A stretch of 64,000 nt of DNA from Bacillota bacterium (lineage in GTDB: Bacteria; Bacillota; Sulfobacillia; RBS10-35; JAJYVN01), in the NCBI GenBank assembly GCA_021803205.1, contig JAJZMB010000020.1, positions 87,912-151,911 of the forward strand, written 5' to 3'. The translations under genes were made by a program, and so were the position numbers. A model generated the notes under the pieces. It had not been told where the DNA came from. It searched no databases and saw only the letters and a program-made list of their open reading frames with translations. The first letter of the stretch is position 1. Each line of letters starts with the position of its first letter. This document shows, in pieces, positions 1 to 9,734 of this stretch.

Positions 1-1482
1 GACCTGCGCGGCCGGGTTTGGAACGGGCTGCAGCGGCAGAGCCTCGGCTACTTCGATCGCATGCAGATCGGCCAACTCATGGCCCGCATCAACAACGATA
101 CACAGCGGGTGCAGCAGTTCCTGATCGACGGCATTCCCTTCTTCATTCCCAACTCGCTGCGCCTGATCGGCGCCGTCGTGATCATGGCCTTCATGAACTG
201 GAAACTGACCATCGTCGTCCTGCTCCCCGCCCCGTCGATGATCATCGCCCGCTACATCTTCTGGCCGCTGATCCGCAAGGTGGACCGGCGCCTCTGGCAA
301 ACCATCGGCAAGCTCAACGTCGTCATCGACGACGTTCTCTCCGGTATCCGCGTCGTCAAGGCCTTCGGTCAGGAAGACAAGGAGATCGGGCGCTTCGGCG
401 AGGTCAATGAGGAACTCGTCAGCCGCAACATCCAGGTTCAGTACATGTGGCAGACCATCTTCCCGGCTTTCGCCTTCATCGGGGGACTGGGTGGCCTATT
501 CCTCTGGTACTTCGGCGGGCGCGCCGTCGCCGCCGGCCAGCTGACCTTCCCCCAGATGATGGCCTTCATGGGTTACATGGGCATGTTCACCGGGCCGCTG
601 GGATGGTTTGCCAACCTGGCCAACTACTACGCGACCTCCATGACCTCGGCCGAACGCGTCTTCGAGGTGCTCGACGCCGAACCGGACATCCGGGACGCCC
701 CGGACCCGGTTCCCGCCTCCCGCATCGAAGGGCGCGTCACCTTCGAGAACGTCGAGTTCGGCTACGTGGCTCATGCCCCGGTCCTCAAGGGGATCACCGT
801 CGACGTACAGCCGGGCGAGATGATCGGCTTGGTCGGCCACACGGGTGCCGGCAAGTCCACCTTCATCCACCTGCTGACGCGTCTGTACGACGTCGACTCC
901 GGCCGGATCCTGATCGATGGCGTCGACATCCGCTCCATCGCCCGCGAGGACCTGCGCCGACAGGTGGGGCTGGTGATGCAGGACACCACGCTCTTTGACG
1001 GGACGGTCGCGGAGAACATCGCCTACGGCCGGCCCGGCGCCACGCGCTTGGAAGTCATGCGGGCCGCTAAGATCGCCAACGCCCACGACTTCATCGTCCG
1101 CATGCCGGATGGTTACGACAGCCGGGTCGGCTATCACGGGCACCGCCTCTCCGGGGGCGAACGGCAGCGTGTGACCATCGCGCGCGCGGTGCTGCACAAC
1201 CCGCGCATCCTGATCCTCGACGAGGCCACCGCCTCCGTGGACACGCAGACCGAGCGGCAGATCCAGCAGGCCGTCGCCCGCCTGGTTCAGGGACGGACAA
1301 CCTTCGCCATCGCCCACCGTCTCTCGACGCTCCGCCATGCCACGCGGCTGATCGTGCTCGACCACGGCAAGATCGCCGAGGTCGGTACGCACGAGGAGCT
1401 GATGAAGACCGGTGGGCTCTACGCCAAGCTCGTCGAGGCGCAGTACGAGGCATTGCGCAAGAAAGAGGTAACGCTGGTGTAG
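1..1482 (+). CDS. ABC exporter, fused permease/ATP-binding protein; 5' end cut by the window edge
   Basis: Frame 1 is open from base 1 (DLRGRVWNGLQRQSLGYFDRMQIGQLMARINND...). Walker A GHTGAGKST, signature LSGGERQRV and Walker B ILILDEATA are present. Stop at 1480-1482. Confidence 0.9.
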   Translation, partial: DLRGRVWNGLQRQSLGYFDRMQIGQLMARINNDTQRVQQFLIDGIPFFIPNSLRLIGAVVIMAFMNWKLTIVVLLPAPSMIIARYIFWPLIRKVDRRLWQTIGKLNVVIDDVLSGIRVVKAFGQEDKEIGRFGEVNEELVSRNIQVQYMWQTIFPAFAFIGGLGGLFLWYFGGRAVAAGQLTFPQMMAFMGYMGMFTGPLGWFANLANYYATSMTSAERVFEVLDAEPDIRDAPDPVPASRIEGRVTFENVEFGYVAHAPVLKGITVDVQPGEMIGLVGHTGAGKSTFIHLLTRLYDVDSGRILIDGVDIRSIAREDLRRQVGLVMQDTTLFDGTVAENIAYGRPGATRLEVMRAAKIANAHDFIVRMPDGYDSRVGYHGHRLSGGERQRVTIARAVLHNPRILILDEATASVDTQTERQIQQAVARLVQGRTTFAIAHRLSTLRHATRLIVLDHGKIAEVGTHEELMKTGGLYAKLVEAQYEALRKKEVTLV

Positions 1483-1650
1483 GCCGGGCGGGAACGCCCC
1501 TGCCCCACCTCGGGGCAGCAGACCCGGGAACGGGGCGGCGGGGCGCCGCGCCCGCGGTGCCCTGGCGCACAAGCGGCGGAGCGTTCCGCCAGCCGTCCCG
1601 GAGCCGCAGTCGGCGACCGCAACGCCCACTGCCTGCGAATACAGCGCCGG

Positions 1651-2313
1651 ATGGAGGAGGTCCTGATGGCGGAACCGAGACGGAACACGGAGGCCTCAGG
1701 TTTCGGAGGGGACGCCGCGGCGTCCCCTCCGGAACCTGACCCCTGGCAGACCGCCCTCGAGGGTCTTGATCTGATTGTGCTCAACCCGTCCGCCTGCCGC
1801 CTTGAGGGCGACGGCTCCGGTCGCCTCTGGGGGGAGGTGGGCGGGCGGCACTACCCGGAACTGCAGGCCTTCATGACCTATCCGCTCAGCGATCCGGCGG
1901 AATGGATCTCCCTGATCGCGGTGGAGGACGCCGACTCCGACGGGCGCCGCAGCGACGGCGGGCAGTCCGACCGGGTCGAGATCGGCGTGCTGCCAGACCT
2001 GGACGGCCTGGACGACGCAAGCCGGGCCGCGGTGCATATCGCCCTGCGCCTCCGCTACTTCATGCCCCGCGTGCTTCAGATCCTCGCGGTGCACGACGAG
2101 GACCCCGGCCAGAGCGGCGCCGTGCAGTGGGAACTCCTGACCGACCGGGGGCCCATGCGCCTGCGCATGGTCAGCCTGTTCGACGGCATCCAGCAGCTCG
2201 ATACCGGCCGCCTGATCTTCTCCGACCGGGACGGCAACCGCGCGGACATCCCCGACGTATCCGCCCTCGACCCGGCCAGCCGGAAGCTCCTGGAGCGGTA
2301 TTACTGGTTTTGA
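1651..2313 (+). CDS. DUF1854-like protein (family typically found beside or fused to ABC exporters)
   Basis: 220-aa ORF directly downstream of the ABC exporter, ending ...RKLLERYYWF. The family assignment is from memory of PF08909 context, not a search. Confidence 0.55.
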   Translation: MEEVLMAEPRRNTEASGFGGDAAASPPEPDPWQTALEGLDLIVLNPSACRLEGDGSGRLWGEVGGRHYPELQAFMTYPLSDPAEWISLIAVEDADSDGRRSDGGQSDRVEIGVLPDLDGLDDASRAAVHIALRLRYFMPRVLQILAVHDEDPGQSGAVQWELLTDRGPMRLRMVSLFDGIQQLDTGRLIFSDRDGNRADIPDVSALDPASRKLLERYYWF

Positions 2314-2780
2314 GCCGGATGGCCGGGCCCACCCCGCCGCGGGATCGGCCGCCGCCCGCCGCCGATCGGTGCGCCGCCGCAGCGGAGTCCGCTGCCGATT
2401 CCCCCGCGACGCGTCGGCGCACCGTCCGAGCAGACCCCGCCGGCGCCAGTCCACGTCCTTGGCGGAGGTGCTGCCAACCACGCCCGCCGCAACGATGCGG
2501 AGGACCGGCGCGGCCGGCTGAGCCCCCGGGGCGCCGGCGCAAGCCCGTCGCGCCCTGCCGGCGGCGGCCCGAACAAAGGTGGGCAGCGGAGACCCGGGGC
2601 GCACGGCTGCGCATGCAGGCCGTCGCGGGCAGGGTGGGGCGGCCCCGTGCGCGGTGCCGCCCTTCGGACCGGGGGCCGACCCCCCCGTTGGCGGCGTGGA
2701 ACGTCGATCCCTCTGTGCGGCGCCAGGAACCGCGGCCCCTGCGCCGAACGTCGGCAGCAGCAGGGAGGGATGGCAACGCG

Positions 2781-4025
2781 ATGACGCAACCCGAAGGGTT
2801 CAACAGCAACATCGAGTGGTTCGTCCGCGATCGCTTCGGCCTCTTCATCCACTGGGGCCTGTACGCGATGCCCGGCCGCCACGAGTGGGTCAAGAGCCGT
2901 GAGCGCATCCCCGATGAGGTTTATCAGAAGTACTTCCGCCATTTCGACCCCGATCTCTTCGACCCCGGGGCATGGGCCCGCGCCGCCAGGAACGCCGGCA
3001 TGAAGTACATGGTGGTCACCTCCAAGCACCACGAGGGCTTCTGCCTCTGGGACTCGCAGCTCACCGACTACAAGGCGACGAACACGCCCGCACGGCGCGA
3101 CCTGCTGCGGCCATTGCTGGACGCGTTCCGCGCCGAGGGCCTGAAGGTTGGACTCTACCACTCCCTGATCGACTGGCACCATCCGGACTTCCCGATCGAC
3201 GGCCTGCACCCACAACGTGACGACGAAGCGTTCCGCGAGCGAGAGCAGGGCCGAGACATCCGCCGGTATACCGAGTACCTGCACGCTCAGGTGCGTGAAC
3301 TCCTGACAGGTTACGGCCGCATCGACTACATGTGGTTCGACTTCTCCTACGCCGGGCGGGACTGGGGTTGGTCGAAGGGCAAGGGCCGGGAGGACTGGCA
3401 GTCCGACAAGCTGGAGGCGCTGGTGCGGCAACTCCAGCCGCACATTCTCCTCAACGACCGGCTGGACCTCGGCCGCGGCATCAGGACACCCGAACAGTAC
3501 CAGCCCCGGCGCGGCCGGCCGGGCGAGTTCCAACTCTGGGAAGCCTGCCAGACGATGAACGGCTCCTGGGGGTACGACCGCGACAACTTGGACTGGAAAC
3601 CCGTGGACCTCCTGGTGCGAATGCTCATCGACTCGGTGAGCAAGGGCGGCAACCTGCTGCTCAACGTCGGGCCCACCGCGCGCGGGGAGTTCGACCCGCG
3701 GTCGCTGGACCGCCTGGAGGGCCTCGGGCGTTGGCTGCGATTGCACGGGCGGTCCATCTACGGCTGCGGCATGAGCGAATTCGCGCCGCCGGACGACTGC
3801 CGCTATACGCAAAACGGCAACCGCCTGTACCTGCATATCTTCGCCTGGCCGTTCAAGAGCCTCCATCTCGATGATCTGGCCGGCAGGGTCGCATACGCGC
3901 AATTCCTGCACGACGGCTCGGAAATACGCCTCGGCCCGGTGGAGGACGGGCGCGTGCAGGCGATCAGCCTGCCGGTGCAGCGTCCAGACGTGACGGTCCC
4001 CGTGGTCGAGATCTTCCTGAAATAG
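2781..4025 (+). CDS. alpha-L-fucosidase (GH29)
   Basis: MTQPEGFNSNIEWFVRDRFGLFIHWGLYAMPGRHEWV...MKYMVVTSKHHEGFCLWDS are typical GH29 blocks. ATG at 2781 is preceded by GGGAGGGA. The longer ORF from 1902 has an R/P-rich, junk-like N-terminus. Confidence 0.85.
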   Translation: MTQPEGFNSNIEWFVRDRFGLFIHWGLYAMPGRHEWVKSRERIPDEVYQKYFRHFDPDLFDPGAWARAARNAGMKYMVVTSKHHEGFCLWDSQLTDYKATNTPARRDLLRPLLDAFRAEGLKVGLYHSLIDWHHPDFPIDGLHPQRDDEAFREREQGRDIRRYTEYLHAQVRELLTGYGRIDYMWFDFSYAGRDWGWSKGKGREDWQSDKLEALVRQLQPHILLNDRLDLGRGIRTPEQYQPRRGRPGEFQLWEACQTMNGSWGYDRDNLDWKPVDLLVRMLIDSVSKGGNLLLNVGPTARGEFDPRSLDRLEGLGRWLRLHGRSIYGCGMSEFAPPDDCRYTQNGNRLYLHIFAWPFKSLHLDDLAGRVAYAQFLHDGSEIRLGPVEDGRVQAISLPVQRPDVTVPVVEIFLK

Positions 4026-4068
4026 GGCCGCGCGCGCTGGAGCCGGAGCGTGACGCGGAACTGGGAGC

Positions 4069-4123
4069 AGCGTGACCGCTGCCGCGGCCCCGCGTCCCGC
4101 GGGTCCCCGGCAGCGGTCACGCT
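4069..4123. terminator. long hairpin between convergent genes (fucosidase and gnd)
   Basis: 16-nt perfect arms AGCGTGACCGCTGCCG (4069-4084) and CGGCAGCGGTCACGCT (4108-4123). There is no clear T-tract. Confidence 0.45.
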
Positions 4124-4152
4124 ATCGGGAGAGGCCATGCGCAACAAAGCGC

Positions 4153-5586
4153 CTACTGCGCGCGCGGGGCCTCCCACTGGGTGTGGAAGATGCCCTCCCT
4201 GTCCGTCCGCTCATAGGTGTGCGCGCCGAAAAAGTCGCGCAGGCCCTGCAACAGGTTGGACGGGAGGCGCGCGGAGCGGTAGGCGTCGATGTAAGCAAGT
4301 GAGCCCGCCGTCGCCGGCACGGCGATGCCGGCGGCCACCGCGGCGGCCACCACGTGCCGGCAGGCCTCCTGGTGCGTGGCGATGACATCGCTGAAGTAGG
4401 GGTCGAGCATCAGGTTCTTGAGGTCGGGGTCGCGCCGGTAGGCGTCCTGGATCCGGCCCAGGAGCTGTGCCCGGATGATGCAGCCGCCCTTCCAGATGCG
4501 CGCGATTTCGATGAGGTCGAGCCTGTAGCCATGCTCCTCGGAGGCGGCGCGCAACATGGCCAAACCCTGGGCGTAGGAGGCGATCTTGGATGCATACAGC
4601 GCCCGGGCCACCGAGTCGATCAGCTTCTGGCGGGCGGTGCCGGTGAGGGGACCGCCGGGCTTGGGGCCGGCGATCCGCTTGCTGGCGGCCACCCGCTCCT
4701 CCTTGCGCGCAGAGATGTTGCGCGACCAGAGGGCGGCATCGATCGTGGGGATGGGCACCCCGAGGTTCAGGGCCTCCTGCGAGGTCCACTTGCCGGTGCC
4801 CTTCTGCCCGGCCTTGTCCAGGATCAGGTCGACCAGCGGCCGGCCCGTATCGGGGTCGATGTGGGCAAGGACCTTGCTGGCGATCTCGATCAGGTAGGAG
4901 TCGAGTTCACCCTTGTTCCAGCCGGCAAAGATCTCCGCCATCTCCGGGGCGCCGAGGCCACCGATCTGGGAGAGGACGGCGTACGCCTCGCAGATGAGCT
5001 GGATGTCCCCGTATTCAATCCCGTTGTGGACCATCTTGACATAGTGGCCGGCGCCGCCGGGACCGATGTAGGTGCAGCAGGGGCCGTCGCTGACCTGCGC
5101 GGCCACCTTGGTCAAGACGGGCTCGAACGCCGCATAGGCGTCGCGGGGGCCGCCGGGCATGATCGAAGGGCCCCAGAGGGCGCCTTCCTCGCCACCGGAG
5201 ATCCCGGTGCCGAGGAAGTGCAGGCCCTTGCCCGCGAGGCGCCTGACCCGCGCTTCGGTGTCCGGGAAGAAGGAATTGCCGCCGTCCATGATGCAGTCGC
5301 CCGGCTCAAGGTGGGGTAGAAGCTGCTCAATCATCTCATCCACGGGCGCACCGGCCTGGACCATGATGATCACGCGGCGGGGGCGCTCGATGGCGGCGCA
5401 GAACTCCTCCATGGTCCGGTAGGCGTGCATCCTCTTGGCGTCCTTGGCCGGGCCCTGGACCAGCGCCTCGGTCCGCGCCCAGGTGCGGTTGAAGACCGCG
5501 ATGGAGAAGCCGTTGCGCTCGATGTTGCGGGCGAGGTTGGCGCCCATCACCGCGAGACCGACAAGGCCGACCTGATGCTTGGGCAA
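4153..5586 (-). CDS. gnd: 6-phosphogluconate dehydrogenase, decarboxylating
   Basis: (M)PKHQVGLVGLAVMGANLARNIERNGF...GGAGHYVKMVHNGIEYGDIQLI. TTG start at 5586 lies 6 nt after GGAGGG. The upstream part of the 668-aa ORF looks non-coding. Confidence 0.9.
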   Translation of the reverse strand: MPKHQVGLVGLAVMGANLARNIERNGFSIAVFNRTWARTEALVQGPAKDAKRMHAYRTMEEFCAAIERPRRVIIMVQAGAPVDEMIEQLLPHLEPGDCIMDGGNSFFPDTEARVRRLAGKGLHFLGTGISGGEEGALWGPSIMPGGPRDAYAAFEPVLTKVAAQVSDGPCCTYIGPGGAGHYVKMVHNGIEYGDIQLICEAYAVLSQIGGLGAPEMAEIFAGWNKGELDSYLIEIASKVLAHIDPDTGRPLVDLILDKAGQKGTGKWTSQEALNLGVPIPTIDAALWSRNISARKEERVAASKRIAGPKPGGPLTGTARQKLIDSVARALYASKIASYAQGLAMLRAASEEHGYRLDLIEIARIWKGGCIIRAQLLGRIQDAYRRDPDLKNLMLDPYFSDVIATHQEACRHVVAAAVAAGIAVPATAGSLAYIDAYRSARLPSNLLQGLRDFFGAHTYERTDREGIFHTQWEAPRAQ

Positions 5587-6222
5587 GGGGTTCCCTCCTG
5601 TGCACGCGGAGGCCCCCCGTCCCGGCGGCGCGGCCACGCCCACCCTGGCCCGCCGTATCGATCCGGCCGGGATGCGGGCAAACGCGCCGCAGGGATGCCG
5701 TTCGAGGGACAGACCGGACACTCCGCAGTGTCTTTGCCCGGGATCGGGCATGGCAGGCGCCTCACCGCCCGCACGGCGGCAGGCCCGTGCGCGTCGGGAC
5801 GGGCGGCCGACGCAGACCGGCCGCCGGATGCTCCAGGCCGGCCCGCGTGGGCGCGAAACGCCGCACACAATGATAGCCTTCTCCGCTGCGGAGTCCAAGG
5901 GAGGGCGGCCAAAAGTCGACTCTCGGCCCAAACGGACGGAGAATCCGCGCCCGGGCGGGGGGTCAACCGCAGAACCCGTGCCCATCCACCCGGCCAGCGG
6001 AGGAACGGCCCGCTGCCGGGCGCGCAACGGGGCTCCTCGGGTACGCGTGATCGGGACGCCCGTGCTGCCGTACCTCCGGCAGAATCCCGCACGCGATCGG
6101 CCGAGGGCGGCGCGGAGGGCGTGCACCAGGGAGGGCGCTGATGGCCGTGCCAAACCCACTTCTGCCGAAGCGCCTCATCTCCGGAAGCGTCCAGGGACAA
6201 GGCTCCGGAGCCTGAGGGTGCT

Positions 6223-6322
6223 GCAAGAGTCGGGTTCGACACCGGTCGTGCACCGTGGCCCCTCGGGGGACAGGGGGCTTCGCAGCAGATGGCCGGCGCA
6301 ACAGCGGACCCTTGCGCCGGCC
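6223..6322 (+). repeat. structured intergenic repeat, copy D (most diverged)
   Basis: GCAAGAGTCGGGTTCGACACCGG...CCCCTCGGGGGACAGGGGG...CAGCAGATGGCC...GCGCAACAGCGGACCCTTGCGC aligns with copies at 10849, 20568 and 39187. It lies 63 nt upstream of the DUF421 gene. Confidence 0.6.
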
Positions 6323-6385
6323 ATCTGTGACGGCCGCCGCCCGCCCCGCTCCCCGCATGCCCCGGCCCCGGTGCGGGAGACTGGC

Positions 6386-6937
6386 ATGCATATGCAACCG
6401 CTTTCGGCCATGTTTCAACTGCAGGTGGGGCCGCTCGCCCTCGTGCTGCGCACCCTCGGGGCATACGTGGCGATGCTTGTGGGCTTCCGCATCTTCGGCA
6501 AGCGGGAACTGGGGCAGGTCACCGTGTTCGACGTGGCCATGGTCCTGCTCATCGCCAACGCCGTGCAGAACGCCATGGTCGGGCCCGACACCTCCCTGCT
6601 CGGGGGGCTGATCGTGGCCGGGACCCTGCTGGTGCTCAACTTCATGGTCGCACGGCTCCGCATCCGGGACCGGATGTTCCGCCGCTGGGTCGAGGGTCGC
6701 CCCAGTGTTCTGGTCTCCAACGGACGCTGGAACGAGGATGTTCTGCGCCGCGAGGGCCTCGACCACGGGGAGGTCGAGGCCGCGATGCGGCAGAACGGCG
6801 TACTGGACGTCGGCACCGTCCGTCTGGCGGTGCTCGAGGACAACGGCGCCATCAGCGTGGTCCCCGTGGACTCCCCGACGATCAGCGTCCACTCCCGCGG
6901 GCGTTCCACACGCGGCCTGCTCAAGCGCGGGAAGTAA
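6386..6937 (+). CDS. DUF421 (YetF-like) membrane protein
   Basis: The N-terminal TM region (LVLRTLGAYVAMLVGFRIFGKRELGQVTVFDVAMVLLIANAVQNA) and C-terminal soluble domain are typical of the YetF/DUF421 family. GGGAGA sits 5 nt before the ATG. Confidence 0.75.
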   Translation: MHMQPLSAMFQLQVGPLALVLRTLGAYVAMLVGFRIFGKRELGQVTVFDVAMVLLIANAVQNAMVGPDTSLLGGLIVAGTLLVLNFMVARLRIRDRMFRRWVEGRPSVLVSNGRWNEDVLRREGLDHGEVEAAMRQNGVLDVGTVRLAVLEDNGAISVVPVDSPTISVHSRGRSTRGLLKRGK

Positions 6938-6996
6938 TCCGGGCCGTCCAGGGGTCCGGGGCAGCGGACCGCGTGTGCGGGAAGGGGGACACCGGC

Positions 6997-7386
6997 TCAC
7001 GCCTCTGCCGGGGCGTAGACTCCGGCCTCGATCGCCGCGATCAGGCCAAGGGCCGTGGCCACGTTGGTCGCGACCGGTATGCCCCGGACGTCGCAGAGGC
7101 GGAGCAGGGCCGAGACATCGGGCTCGTGCGGGTGAGCGGTGAGTGGATCACGCAGGAAGATCACGGCGTCGATGCGCCCTTCGGCGATCTGGCTGCCGAT
7201 CTGCTGATCCCCGCCGAGCGGCCCCGACAGGTAACAGTGGACGGGCAGTCCGGTGGCCTCCGCCACCATGCGCCCCGTGGTGCCGGTCGCCACCAGTTCG
7301 TGCCGGGCGAGCGCCGCCCGGTGCCGAGCGGCGAAGGAGAGCATGTCCGGTTTCAGCTTGTCGTGGGCGATGAGTGCAATGCGCAG
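6997..7386 (-). CDS. mgsA: methylglyoxal synthase
   Basis: (L)[15 protein letters not shown]...ATGTTG...[10 protein letters not shown]...[24 protein letters not shown] aligns end to end with Bacillus MgsA ([12 protein letters not shown]...). The only start codon correctly placed behind GGAAGGAG is CTG at 7386. Confidence 0.8.
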   Translation of the reverse strand: MRIALIAHDKLKPDMLSFAARHRAALARHELVATGTTGRMVAEATGLPVHCYLSGPLGGDQQIGSQIAEGRIDAVIFLRDPLTAHPHEPDVSALLRLCDVRGIPVATNVATALGLIAAIEAGVYAPAEA

Positions 7387-8109
7387 GTGAACCGCTCCTT
7401 CCGTGCGCCATTGTAACAGCGACCCGCCGCCTGTGAGGGTGTCGCCATCCACGCGCGCCCGTTTGCGCAAACCCGGGACGGCGGCCGCCGGCGACAGGCG
7501 CTCCGCGGCGGCAAGGACGGCGCGCTGCCGCCGCTGCCCCGGCGTGCCGTGCGCCGCCAGTGGGCGGCTGCGGGTCGGCGGCCGGCTCGGGACGCGCGGC
7601 GTCCGGCGATGACCGAGTGGGAACCGGGCCGCGCGTCCGCCCACCGTCTTTGCCGCGCCACGCACCGACCGGCGCCCGCGCAGTGCCGGTCATCGCCAAC
7701 GCTGGCCGGGTTGGGCGCCCTCAGCGCTGCGGCACCGGACTCCCCCACCGACAGGCTTGTGCGCCCCGATCGGAGGAAAGCGGCCCGGGGAAGGCTAATT
7801 GGGTGTTAGCGGCAGTGGTCGCGCCGGAAGCGTCCCGGCTCGGACGCAGTGGCGCCGGAATCGCCCGGTACCGGGCGACCCCGCGGTGCTGCCATCAGCC
7901 AGAGACAGCCCCACCCGGGATCCCGGGGTCCGGGGCTTGTGGGTGCCTGCCCGCACCCCGCGCGGCGGGCGCGGACCCGTTCTGCACCTTTCGAATCCAG
8001 GCGCCCCCGCGGACCGCACGGAGCGACCCGCCCGGACGCGTTCGCCTGTTCCGGCTTCCGATGGCGACCCCCGCGACCATCCGGCCGCGGGTTGAAGGAG
8101 GGTTTCGGA

Positions 8110-9645
8110 GTGCCCGACATCGTTATCTACGGTGGTGAACCGGGCGGCGTCGCCGCCGCCCTGTCCGCCGCCCGCCGCTCCCCTGCCGGCACTGAGGTCG
8201 CACTCGTCTTTCCAGAGAGCTTGCCGGGCGGAATCGCCACCGCCGGCGGCCTGTGTGCCTGGGAGCGCCGCCAATGGACACATGCGGGCCGGCGGGCCGA
8301 CCCGCAGGGCGGCAATTACGCCGTGTGGCTGCAGGAGATGGGTCCGATTTACAGGCCCGGCCACTTCGCCGCGGCGCTCGCCGACGATCTGGCCGAAGCC
8401 GGCGTGCGGGTGCTGGCAGCCCACGAAATCGAGGCCGTCGTCGCCGAGGCCCAGGCCGGCAAGGGGCGAGCCCGCTCCAAAAAGGCGCGCGCTGGCGCCC
8501 CTGCGGCCGTCACGGCTTTGCGGGTCCGGCCTCTGGAGCAGGGGGAGCACGGCCCAGTTTTCAGCGCAGCGGCCGAGGCGCTTGAACTGCCCGCCAAGGT
8601 CTTCATCGACGCCTCCGCCACCGGGCGTCTCGCGCGTCTGGCGGGTGTCCCCGGGAGCGTCGGGCGGACGGACTGGAACCCCGACGGCCGCCAGATGGTG
8701 GCAAGCCTCCTGTTTGCCGTGGAGAACGTCGACTGGGAGGGGGTGGTGGCGGCACGCGATCCATCGGAGAAAGCCGTTTGGGGAACCGCCGCAGAGCAAT
8801 CTCCCGATGGCACGCACCGCACGTTCTGGGGGGGGGCGCATGTCGCCTCGGCCGACGCCGTCCTGGCCGCCTTCAACGACGCGCACCCGGGATTCCGGAT
8901 CGGCGCCCCGCGGGCCTGGGAGGAGGAGCATGGCGTCTTCTGGGTATCCGCGTTGCTGGTCTACAACGTCGACGCCCGCCGCCGTGCCTACGACGCGGGG
9001 ACGGAGCGGGATGCCGCACCGGTGACGATACTGTCGCGCGACGTCGACACCGCCTATCGCGAGGCGAAGAAACTCGTCGGCTCCTCGGACCTGCTGGGAG
9101 CGCTCCGCCGCTTCCCCGGGCTGGAGTCCGTGCGCGTCGTCGAGGCCGATGGCAGTCCGCGCACAGGGGATGTACTGCTGTTGCGCGAGGGCGCCCATTC
9201 GCTCGGCCCGAAGCCGGATCCCTTCGCCGTCACCATTGAGGACCTCACCGGCGCCGGAACGGGGATGCACGACGGGCTCGACCAGCGCCACCGCGCGCGG
9301 CGCATCGGTCTCGGTTTCTACTGGCTGGAGAGCGCCGGCTACACCGAGGGGGAAATCCTGCGCACCACCGCGGCGGCCGCCAACCCCGCCCACCTGCCGC
9401 TGGACGCAATCCTCTGCCCCCCGGTGGCCAACCTGCTCGCGCCAGGCTACGCGGCGCGCATCGAGTCGCGCGCCTGGTGGGCCCTGCGCACCGTCCCCAA
9501 CCTGTGCGTCCTCGGCGACGCGGCCGGGGTCGCCGCGGCCTTCTCCGCGCGCGAGGACATCCCCGTGCTGCGGTTCGGCAACCCCGAGGTGGCAGCCGTG
9601 CAGAACTGGCTGGTCGGCGAGGGCGCCATCCTGGAGAAGTGGTAG
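8110..9645 (+). CDS. FAD-dependent oxidoreductase (FAD_oxidored/PF12831-like)
   Basis: GTG start follows GAAGGAGG. The N-terminal dinucleotide fold reads VPDIVIYGGEPGGVAAALSAAR. The upstream part of the 598-aa ORF is R/P-rich junk. Confidence 0.7.
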   Translation: MPDIVIYGGEPGGVAAALSAARRSPAGTEVALVFPESLPGGIATAGGLCAWERRQWTHAGRRADPQGGNYAVWLQEMGPIYRPGHFAAALADDLAEAGVRVLAAHEIEAVVAEAQAGKGRARSKKARAGAPAAVTALRVRPLEQGEHGPVFSAAAEALELPAKVFIDASATGRLARLAGVPGSVGRTDWNPDGRQMVASLLFAVENVDWEGVVAARDPSEKAVWGTAAEQSPDGTHRTFWGGAHVASADAVLAAFNDAHPGFRIGAPRAWEEEHGVFWVSALLVYNVDARRRAYDAGTERDAAPVTILSRDVDTAYREAKKLVGSSDLLGALRRFPGLESVRVVEADGSPRTGDVLLLREGAHSLGPKPDPFAVTIEDLTGAGTGMHDGLDQRHRARRIGLGFYWLESAGYTEGEILRTTAAAANPAHLPLDAILCPPVANLLAPGYAARIESRAWWALRTVPNLCVLGDAAGVAAAFSAREDIPVLRFGNPEVAAVQNWLVGEGAILEKW

Positions 9646-9734
9646 GGGGTGGAGGATCGATCCGTCCCCTGCCACCGACTGTCTTCGCTCCTGCTGGCGC
9701 AGGACCCGCCGGGAGAGACGCGAAGGACCCGCGC

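Noticed and set aside
6228-6245. tRNA T-arm-like strings (GGGTTCGACACC in repeat copy D, and TTTCGAATCC at 7989-7998)
   Set aside because: Neither site has flanking acceptor, D or anticodon arms, and the stems around the T-loop-like sequence do not pair. No tRNA or tmRNA can be folded.
7790-7960. Cobalamin-riboswitch-like fragments (GGCGCCGGAAUCGCC, CCCCGCGGUGCUG and a B12-box-like AGCCAGAGACAGCC) upstream of the FAD oxidoreductase
   Set aside because: The core consensus (GGGAA..CCGGUG.AA.UCCGG..C.G.CCCGCCACUG followed by AGYCMGGAGACCKGCC) is not reproduced in sequence or spacing, and the downstream gene is not a typical B12-regulated target. The resemblance is probably a GC-rich coincidence; only cmsearch could revive it.
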